Positions 16,454 to 23,945 of a stretch of DNA of 64,000 nucleotides are shown here, one piece after another. Source of the DNA: a bacterium (GTDB lineage Bacteria > UBA8248 > JACPRG01 > G963555815); NCBI GenBank assembly GCA_965261595.1, contig CBDHDG010000006.1:512001-576000 (forward strand), in the 5' to 3' direction. Under the pieces are notes generated by a model, which did not search any database, was not told where the DNA came from, and saw nothing but the letters and a program-made list of their open reading frames with translations. Within the stretch, counting starts at the first letter, position 1; each line of letters begins with the position of its first letter. The position numbers and the translations under genes were made by a program.

Positions 16454-17323
16454 ATGTTCTACACACCTGTCTCCCTTGCCCTGTACTCTGCCACGGCATT
16501 CGCCTGTTCGGAATTCGCGGCGCGCATCGCGGTGCGGTACGCATCCCCGTATACGGGGGCGCTGATGCAGGCCGTCGTCCACCTCATCATTTTCGGACTC
16601 CTGGCCCTTTCGATTTCCCCCCGCCCCGACATCTTCAATGCTGGAGGCTGGTGGTTTTTCGCTTCAGGCGCCTTTGACCCCGGTCTCGCCGTCATCTGCT
16701 ATTTTGCGGCTTTCGCCCGAATCGGCGTCGCCCGATCAGCGACGGTTTTGGGAACCTCTCCCATATTCAGCGCCGCCGCGGCTATCCTTTTTCTGGGAGA
16801 ACGGCCGAATGCCTGGGTTTGGCTGGGGACCCTGACCATAATCGTCGGCGTGGGCGCAATCGCTTATAAAAAAAAGGGAATCGCAGAAAATAAATCAGGC
16901 TATGCGTTTGCCGTGCTGGCGGCCATTATGTTCGCTGTATCGCACACCTTCAGGAAAATTGGGCTTGCTTACATCCCATCATCGACAACGGGTATGGCGA
17001 TCGGGAATTTGGGGGCGGTGCTGGCGCTCATCCTGGTGCTTCCTGTCATGCCAGCGGGCTCCAGGCTGACCCTCCACCCCAAGGGGTTGGCCTTATATTT
17101 CATTCACATGCTGGGGATCGCCCTGGCCCTCTACATGCTGATGGAGGGTCTTCGTTTGGGCAACGTGAGCGTCGTCATTCCGCTGGTCCACACCTTCCCT
17201 CTCCTTGTGGTGTTGATCGCCTGGATCTTCCTGAGGGAAAAAGAGCAGGTCACAGCCCGGCTCTTTCTCGGGTCTGCCCTGATTGTGGTGGGTGCGGCCG
17301 TTATCACGGGCCTGGGGCATTAA
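16454..17323 (+). CDS. EamA/DMT-family transporter
   Basis: About 10 hydrophobic segments in two repeats; G.ARSA...TSP.FS...A..FLGE and G.VSVV.PL....PL.....AW.FLRE. Confidence 0.88.
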   Translation: MFYTPVSLALYSATAFACSEFAARIAVRYASPYTGALMQAVVHLIIFGLLALSISPRPDIFNAGGWWFFASGAFDPGLAVICYFAAFARIGVARSATVLGTSPIFSAAAAILFLGERPNAWVWLGTLTIIVGVGAIAYKKKGIAENKSGYAFAVLAAIMFAVSHTFRKIGLAYIPSSTTGMAIGNLGAVLALILVLPVMPAGSRLTLHPKGLALYFIHMLGIALALYMLMEGLRLGNVSVVIPLVHTFPLLVVLIAWIFLREKEQVTARLFLGSALIVVGAAVITGLGH

Positions 17324-17344
17324 GCCACTCGGCAGTCCGGGACG

Positions 17345-17403
17345 GAGAATTCCAGGGAGAGAATTCCAGGGAGAGAATTCCAGGGACACCATACTCATTT
17401 CTG
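17345..17403. repeat. Three perfect 14-nt tandem repeats fused to a REP-like motif
   Basis: (GAGAATTCCAGGGA)x3 at 17345-17386, continuing as CACCATACTCATTTCTG. Confidence 0.9.
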
Positions 17404-18222
17404 AAGATCGTCCGGGGTTATGGGGCGGGGGATACGGCGAAGCAGGGGGCGTCGGGGGCCGTTCCCTTCGGCGGCGGAGACACCTCGGCCTTGATTGTGG
17501 GCCGGAGTGAAGGATGGAAGAGCAGGATTGTGGCCATGAAGTATCAAAAGGCCGCCTTGGCTTACTTCACCCTTGTGGGCTCCGGAATCAAGGGGCCCAA
17601 GGACCTCGTGGGTCGCAAGATCGGCGAGCCGCCGGGAGGCGCGATTCGGGTCTTGTTCCCGGCTTTTGCCGAGGCCAACGGCTTCGAGAAGGACAAGGTC
17701 AAATTCATCCACATGTCCCCCGCGACCACCATCCCCAGCCTGCTCGCCGGAAAGGTCGACGCCATCGGGCTGTACACGAGCACCGCCCCGATCCTGATCC
17801 TGAGGGCCAAGAAGCTGGGCAAGAAGGTTCACGGAATCGTCTGGGCGGACCACGGCCTCAAGCTCTACGGCAACAGCCTCCAGGTCCTCGACAAGTTGAT
17901 CGCCGAGAAGCCCGCTCTGATTCGGGGGGTGATCGGGAGCATCATGAAGGGCTATCAATGGAATTTGAAGAACCCCGAAAAGGCCACGGACATCTTCCTG
18001 AAGTTCCTCCCCACCTCGAACCGAACAATCATTCTCAGCCAGTTCAAGATCTTCCAGAATCACATGATCACGCCCATTGTCCGGGAAAAGGGGCTAGGCT
18101 ATATGGACAAAAAGGATATGATCCATTCCCGGGACCTGATCGCCAAACTGTTCAAGCTGAAGACGCGCGTTCCCGTCGAGGACATTTACGCGAACGAGTT
18201 TCTCCCGGGGATCAAGCCGTAA
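17401..18222 (+). pseudogene. 5'-truncated NMT1/THI5/SsuA-like ABC substrate-binding protein
   Basis: Frame reads LKIVRGYGAGDTAK...SGIKGPKDLVGRKIG...LLAGKVDAI...LYGNSL...EDIYANEFLP; the signal peptide and first ~50-60 aa are absent and replaced by the repeat. Confidence 0.75.
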
Positions 18223-18298
18223 GATAGAGTCCGGGAAGCTCTCCGCCATTCCAACACCAAGGCCGGATACGTGCGCCCGCCGATTGGGAGGGAATCGG

Positions 18299-19576
18299 AT
18301 GAACATCGATACGGTTCTGGCCGGCATCGACCGGCAAGAGCTGGCGGAGCTGGCTTTGCGTCTGGCGAACATCCCGAGCCCGACCGGGAGCGAAGAGGCC
18401 ATGGGAGAGGCGGTCTTCGGCTGGCTGACGGAAAACGGATTCGATCCCCGGAAGATAACGGTCGCCCCCGGGCGGTTCAACGTGGCCGCCTTGCTCAAGG
18501 GAACGGGCGGGGGCGCTTCCCTCATCTTCAACGCCCACATGGACACCAAGTACGGGGGGGCGGACGACTTCTGGTCCGCCGGGGATATCCTGCCAGAGTA
18601 CACACGGGCCTGGAGAGAAGGCGACCTCCTGTTCGGCCACGGGGTGATGAACGACAAGGGGCCGCTCGCGGCCACGTTCCTGGCGGCCAGGGCCATCCGG
18701 GACGGCAGCGTGCGGCTCAAAGGCGACCTCCACCTCACCGCCGTGGTCGGGGAGATCGGCTCGGCCCCGGTGGACGAGTTCCAATCTTCCCGGTACGTGG
18801 GAAAGGGGGTGGGGGCGCGCCGGCTGGTGGACCACGGCGTCTTCGCCGACTACGCCCTGGTGGCCGAGTGCACCGACTTCTCCACGACCTGGGCCCAGTG
18901 CGGGTGCACGTACTTTCAGATCACCGTCCGGGGCACGGCGTACTACACCCCCACCATTCCCCGGCCCACCACCTTCGCCGACAACCCCAACGCCATCGTC
19001 CGGATGGCCCGGGTCGTCAACGCCCTGGAGAGCTGGGCGAACGAATACATCGAGCGCGAAAGCATGGAATTCGAGGGGGGCCTCATCCGGCCCAACGCGT
19101 GCATGGGCGCCATCCGGGCCGGGGTCCCGACCAAGCTCGCCAATACCGCGGGCCGGTGCAGTCTCTATCTGGACGTCCGGATCCCTCCCGGGAAGGACCC
19201 CCTGTTCGTCCAGCCGGAGATCGAGCGGGTCATCGCCGAGACGGGCGTCGAGGCCGAGGTTCGTCCCTACATGACGCGCAGGGGATACATCGCGAAGGGG
19301 CACGAACCGTTGGTCGAGGCCATCCGGCGGGCTCACGACCAGGTCGTGGGCGAACCCATGAAGACCGTCCCCCCGCCCATCACCAGCATGTGGCGCGACA
19401 TGAACATCTTCAACGAGGTCCAAATCCCGGCGGCCACGTATGGACCTTCCTTCGGCATGGACCTCACCGAGGGGAAATTGCGGATGGCCATTCACGCGGA
19501 CGACCTGTGGAAAGCCGCCAGGGCCTACGCCCGTGTGGCGATGGATATCTGTAATCGAGAGGCCGGGGCGGGCTGA
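18299..19576 (+). CDS. M20/M25/M40-family metallo-hydrolase (ArgE/DapE-like), atypical ligands
   Basis: IPSPTGSE, FNAHMDT, LFGHGVMNDKG, VVGEIG, NAI, YGP. Confidence 0.85.
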   Translation: MNIDTVLAGIDRQELAELALRLANIPSPTGSEEAMGEAVFGWLTENGFDPRKITVAPGRFNVAALLKGTGGGASLIFNAHMDTKYGGADDFWSAGDILPEYTRAWREGDLLFGHGVMNDKGPLAATFLAARAIRDGSVRLKGDLHLTAVVGEIGSAPVDEFQSSRYVGKGVGARRLVDHGVFADYALVAECTDFSTTWAQCGCTYFQITVRGTAYYTPTIPRPTTFADNPNAIVRMARVVNALESWANEYIERESMEFEGGLIRPNACMGAIRAGVPTKLANTAGRCSLYLDVRIPPGKDPLFVQPEIERVIAETGVEAEVRPYMTRRGYIAKGHEPLVEAIRRAHDQVVGEPMKTVPPPITSMWRDMNIFNEVQIPAATYGPSFGMDLTEGKLRMAIHADDLWKAARAYARVAMDICNREAGAG

Positions 19577-19652
19577 GGGGAAGCCGTGAAGGCGCGGCAT
19601 CCAGCGCCCTGACCGGGAGGCAGAATTGGCACGGGGAGATTCGAGAAAGAAA

Positions 19653-20603
19653 ATGCGCGAAGGCGACCTTTGGCCCGCGTTGCGGGAATACTGGCACCCG
19701 GTCACCCTGGCGGAAAATGTGAGGGAGCGGCCTTACGCGGCAAGGCTCCTGGACGAGCGAATCGTCATTTGCCGTCTGGGAAATCGGTGGGCGGCGTTCA
19801 ACGACCTCTGCATTCACCGGGGAACCCCCCTATCGCTCGGGTGGGTGGAGGGCGAGGAGATCGTCTGCGCGTATCACGGCTGGTCTTACAACGCCGAGGG
19901 CAGGTGCACCCGCATTCCCTCCGTTCCGCCGGACCACCCCATTCCGAAGAAGGCCTGCCTCACCCGGCACCGGGCCGAGGAGCGGTACGGCATCGTTTGG
20001 GTCTGCATGTCCGAAAAATCCCGGACGCCCATTCCCGAGCTTCCGGCCATCGAGGACCCGAGCCACCGCATTGTCGTCCGGGACCAGCGGAACTGGAAAT
20101 GCGGTGCCGCTCGGGCCATCGAGAACTTCGTGGACTTCGCCCATTTCCCGTGGATTCACGAAGGCATCCTGGGGGACCGCGATCATCCGCGAATACCCGA
20201 CATCGACGTGGAGCGGGATGGGGAAGAGCTCCGCTTCGGCTATACGAACCTCCCCGACCGGGTCCACCCGGTTCCCCATACACGCAACTACCGCCTGACC
20301 CGGCCTTTTTCCATCTATCAGTGGAAGGACGAAACCGACGGCAGGCGGGAGACGCTGAGCTTTGTTTGCATGCCGGTATCGGCCGATGAGTGCACACGGT
20401 TTCTGATCATCACCCGAAACTATGACCAGGAAGGAAATCCGCAAAGGTTCGCGGAAATTATCAACAACCAAGATCAGGTGATTGTGGAAAATCAGCGGCC
20501 GGAGGAGCTTCCGCTGGACCTGACCGAAGAGCTTCACGTCAAGGGACCCGACGGCGTCGCCCTCGCGTACCGGAGGCTCCTAAGAGAAATTGGCGTGGAG
20601 TAA
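19653..20603 (+). CDS. Second Rieske non-heme iron oxygenase alpha subunit, paralog of 3703-4677
   Basis: CIHRG...CAYHGW; ENFVDFAHFPWIH; ENQRPEELPLDLTEELHVKGPD. Confidence 0.9.
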   Translation: MREGDLWPALREYWHPVTLAENVRERPYAARLLDERIVICRLGNRWAAFNDLCIHRGTPLSLGWVEGEEIVCAYHGWSYNAEGRCTRIPSVPPDHPIPKKACLTRHRAEERYGIVWVCMSEKSRTPIPELPAIEDPSHRIVVRDQRNWKCGAARAIENFVDFAHFPWIHEGILGDRDHPRIPDIDVERDGEELRFGYTNLPDRVHPVPHTRNYRLTRPFSIYQWKDETDGRRETLSFVCMPVSADECTRFLIITRNYDQEGNPQRFAEIINNQDQVIVENQRPEELPLDLTEELHVKGPDGVALAYRRLLREIGVE

Positions 20604-20742
20604 GGACCGGATTCCTTTCGGGCGGCGGGGGAGAGAAAGGCTCGACTCTGTTTGGAAGCCGGACGGGACGGATTGGCGTTTCGCTTCGAGGCCGAATGGA
20701 GAATGAGCCCCCGCCTCTTCGCTTATCCATGGGAGAACGACC

Positions 20743-21741
20743 GTGGCGAACATCAAGATCGATTTTGCGTGCTCGGAATACGACCGGATCAAGGCCCTGG
20801 AGGATGGAACGGTCAAACCCGTCGGGATTGACCTGAACTTCATCCGCCTGCCAGTGATAGACACCTTCTGGCGGATGTGTCAACACCAGGAGTTCGATGC
20901 CTCGGAGATGAGCTTCTCCGCCTATTTGATCTTTCGCTCGCGGCCCAATCCCCCGTTTGTCGCGATCCCCGTTTTCCTTTCCAAAATCTTCCGACACGCG
21001 TGCGTGTTCATCAACAAGAACGCCGGGATCCAAAAGCCGGAGGACCTTGCTGGGAGACGCATAGGGGTTCCCGAGTACGCCATGTCGGCCGTGGTGTGGA
21101 TTCGTGGGATCATGCACCACGAGCACGGCGTGGACCCGGAAGGCGTGACCTGGGTCACGGGCGGACAGGAGGAATGGGGCCGCAAGGAGCGAGTGGATCT
21201 CAACCTGCCCCCTTCCATTACCATCGAGTCCGCTCCCGAGCCCAAGACGCTCGACGAAATGCTGGATTCCGGCGAGATCGACGCCCTGTTCACCGCCACG
21301 GCCCCTCCGTCATTCTTCAGGCCTTCGTCCAACGTCGTCCGGCTTTTCCCCAACTACAAAGAAGCGGAGATCGACTACCATTACAGGCGGACGGGGTGCT
21401 TTCCGATCATGCACCTGGTGGTCATCAAGGAGTCCGTTCACCAACAATACCCCTGGGCGGCCCGGAACCTGTACACCGCCTTCTGTGAGGCCAAAGACCG
21501 TTGCATGAAAATCCTGGAGCACACGGGAGCGCCGGGGGCCGCCCTCCCCTGGCTGATCGGCGAGATCGAGGAGTGCAAGAAAATCCTCGGCGAGGACTAC
21601 TGGGCGTACGGCGTAGAGGCCAACCGGACCACGATTGAAACGTTCACCCGGTATTCGTTCGAGCAGGGGCTGTCGGAGCGGATTCTCGCCCCGGAGGAGG
21701 TGTTCGCCGAATCAACGCTGCTCGACCTCGCGATGGTCTGA
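20743..21741 (+). CDS. 4,5-dihydroxyphthalate decarboxylase-like protein (periplasmic-binding-protein fold, no signal peptide)
   Basis: YDR..AL.DG.V...GI, FD.SEMS.S.Y, PVF.S..FRH, GVPEY.M.A.VW.RG, FPIMH.VV, YG.EANR. Confidence 0.85.
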   Translation: MANIKIDFACSEYDRIKALEDGTVKPVGIDLNFIRLPVIDTFWRMCQHQEFDASEMSFSAYLIFRSRPNPPFVAIPVFLSKIFRHACVFINKNAGIQKPEDLAGRRIGVPEYAMSAVVWIRGIMHHEHGVDPEGVTWVTGGQEEWGRKERVDLNLPPSITIESAPEPKTLDEMLDSGEIDALFTATAPPSFFRPSSNVVRLFPNYKEAEIDYHYRRTGCFPIMHLVVIKESVHQQYPWAARNLYTAFCEAKDRCMKILEHTGAPGAALPWLIGEIEECKKILGEDYWAYGVEANRTTIETFTRYSFEQGLSERILAPEEVFAESTLLDLAMV

Positions 21742-21894
21742 AGGAAGTCCGCGGGCGGCCCGAATGGAAATTGTGGACTCACCCCGATTTCGCGGGCTGA
21801 CCCGCCGCGCGGGATTGGGCCCGAGGTCCCGCGAACCTGTTTGAATGGAAAGCGCAACGCCGCGTGAAAACGGCCCGCACAATGACCGCCGCCC

Positions 21895-22647
21895 TTACGC
21901 GCCGCCGTCCCCCCTCTCCTTCCCATTTTCCACAGTCCTGAGCAACCGTCCGTAGCCCTGGACGGGGTCCTTCACGTTGGTCATCCGGAGTCCCGCCCAC
22001 AGGGCCGCCTGATTGCTGGTCACCACGGGCAGCCCCAGGTCCCTTTCGAGGGTTTCGATGACCTCGAACGTCCGGAGCCCCCCGCAGCTGATCAAGACCC
22101 CGTCCGCGCCGGAGACCTCCTTCGCCGCATCCATCGTCAGGCGGTAAGCCGCGCTCGGCGGGAGCCGGTGGATGTCCCAGTTGTACCGCTCGCGAAGACC
22201 CTTCAGGGCCAGGACCTCGAAACCGGCCTCTTCCAGAAACGTCCGGAGGAGGTCGTTCAGCTCGTCGATGTACGCGGTGGCGACGACGATCCTGCGGAGA
22301 CCGAGCTCGCGCAGGGCCTCCACGGCCGCCGTGGCCTGGGTCTTGCTGGGCAGGCCGGACGCCTCCCTGGCGCGCCCGGTGAGCTCCAGGTTGAAAGCGT
22401 GGCCCTTGAAGAAGCCGGCCGGCGTCCCGCACACGAGGCAGCAATCGGCCTTCATGATGGCGACCTCCCGGGCCGCCCGCTCGACGTGCGTGACCATCTC
22501 CTCGAGCCCCTTCGGGCTCACCTCCTCGACGTACATCCTGGTGCTGGCGAAGGTGACGCCCTCGGGCGCCGCCATCCTGACTTCGTCTTCGGGAACGGGA
22601 CCCCCCGCCGGCCAAATCATCCCGATCAACGCCCGCCATCCATACAT
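21895..22647 (-). CDS. Asp/Glu racemase superfamily protein (arylmalonate decarboxylase/maleate isomerase group)
   Basis: MYGWRA.IG.I.P, VCGTPAGF, ATAY...LN, ISCGGLRT, PVVTSNQA..W; GGAGG RBS. Confidence 0.88.
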   Translation of the reverse strand: MYGWRALIGMIWPAGGPVPEDEVRMAAPEGVTFASTRMYVEEVSPKGLEEMVTHVERAAREVAIMKADCCLVCGTPAGFFKGHAFNLELTGRAREASGLPSKTQATAAVEALRELGLRRIVVATAYIDELNDLLRTFLEEAGFEVLALKGLRERYNWDIHRLPPSAAYRLTMDAAKEVSGADGVLISCGGLRTFEVIETLERDLGLPVVTSNQAALWAGLRMTNVKDPVQGYGRLLRTVENGKERGDGGA

Positions 22648-22748
22648 CCGCCGCACCTCCTGAAAACCTGCCGGAGTCGATCCCCAAAAAGCCCCGCCGG
22701 AAGGCTGAAAACCCGGCGGAACCCGATAAACGCTCTGCCCCTCCTTAC

Positions 22749-23846
22749 CTACCCAACCTCCGCCAGGACGTCGTCCGGGTGTCCGTATCTGGAGGCGAAC
22801 TCGCGGACTTCGGGGTCGTCGAGGGCCGTGAGCCTTCCATTTTCGACCAGGACGACGTCTCCCAGCGTGAGCGTCGGATGGAGGCCGCCGCCGTCCCAGT
22901 GCCAATCGCTCGACACCTCCACGCCCGGGGCGCCCCACTTGCCCACGGCGCAGTGGAAGGTCCCCGAGTGGCGGTGGGCGATGGTGTCCATCGCCCGGGT
23001 CTTCAGCCCCACCGAGACCGGGGCCTTCGGGTGAGCGCCGATGGCGACCTCGCAGAAATAGTTCCCGTTCTCGTAGCGGTCCATCCGGTCCCGGAACCAG
23101 CGGGCCTCCTCACCCCCCTCGACCCGCGTCACCCACTGGTCTTCGATCGTCAGGCGGATGGGCTCGCTCAGAAATCCCTCGAACCCCTCCAGCTGCTCAA
23201 AGACCAGCGTGCCGTCGACCGGAGGGGCCGGGAGCTCTGCCATCTCCCCGCCCGGGAAGAACTGCCACTTCTTCGGCGGCTCAACGTACTTGAAGCCGTA
23301 CACGTAGGGAATGCGGCCCGTCAAGTCGGAGCCGCGGGGATCGGTCAAGCGGAAGACATCGGTCCCCGAGGACAGGGCCTGGTCGCGGACTTTCCGGTAG
23401 ATGAAGAAGAGGAGCTCGGCGGGAAATCGCGCCCACTCCGAAGCCAGAAGCTCGGGCGTCAGGCTGATGACGGCCGTGTTCCGAAGCGGGGTGGAAAACA
23501 AGAGGGCGGAAATATCGTTGTTGTGGATCGTCGCCGCGTTTTCGAGCCGCTGAAAGCTCAGGAGGACGTCCGCCTCCTTCATGGCGGCGAGCACGGGCTT
23601 TTGCAAGGGCTGTTTGAGACGATGGATCACCGACCCGGAGGACAGGAGAAACGCCTCGGCCCCGACTTCCTCCACCGCCACGCCGAAGGCCTCCACCACC
23701 CGGGGATCGACCTCGGCCGAACGGTCCGTCCAGAGGCAGACCTTTTCCCCCGACTTGACGCGGGTATAGCCTCGAACGCAGTTCCGCGCCCCTTCCATCA
23801 GATCCAATAGCGAGTCCAAGATTTCCTCCGTCGGACCTGGACGCAA
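22749..23846 (-). CDS. M29 aminopeptidase/NicX-fold metalloprotein (start uncertain, TTG)
   Basis: GSDLT, FPGGE, DGT.VF, EPIRLTIE...VT.VEGG.EA, EVAIG.HP, GTFH.AVG, HWDG, LVENGRL. Confidence 0.7.
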   Translation of the reverse strand: MRPGPTEEILDSLLDLMEGARNCVRGYTRVKSGEKVCLWTDRSAEVDPRVVEAFGVAVEEVGAEAFLLSSGSVIHRLKQPLQKPVLAAMKEADVLLSFQRLENAATIHNNDISALLFSTPLRNTAVISLTPELLASEWARFPAELLFFIYRKVRDQALSSGTDVFRLTDPRGSDLTGRIPYVYGFKYVEPPKKWQFFPGGEMAELPAPPVDGTLVFEQLEGFEGFLSEPIRLTIEDQWVTRVEGGEEARWFRDRMDRYENGNYFCEVAIGAHPKAPVSVGLKTRAMDTIAHRHSGTFHCAVGKWGAPGVEVSSDWHWDGGGLHPTLTLGDVVLVENGRLTALDDPEVREFASRYGHPDDVLAEVG

Positions 23847-23861
23847 AGCTTCAATCGGAAA

Positions 23862-23901
23862 ATTGTCTACAATCCTAAAGCCTGGATGGCCGCCGTGTCA
23901 A
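23862..23901 (-). promoter_or_regulatory. Sigma70 promoter with an overlapping GntR/FadR-like operator
   Basis: Minus-strand TTGACA (23901-23896)-N18-TAGGAT (23877-23872); palindrome ATTGT-CT-ACAAT at 23862-23873. Confidence 0.55.
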
Positions 23902-23945
23902 ACCAGGGGGGTTTGCAAGGAACAGGAAGGGTTAACCCTTTTACG

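Noticed and set aside
17345..17386. Tandem repeats as a CRISPR array
   Set aside because: 14-nt units with no spacers; no cas genes in the window
13233..17403. Classical integron with attC cassettes
   Set aside because: No integron integrase nearby and no RYYYAAC...GTTRRRY attC structure; the only tyrosine recombinase is housekeeping XerC in its usual operon
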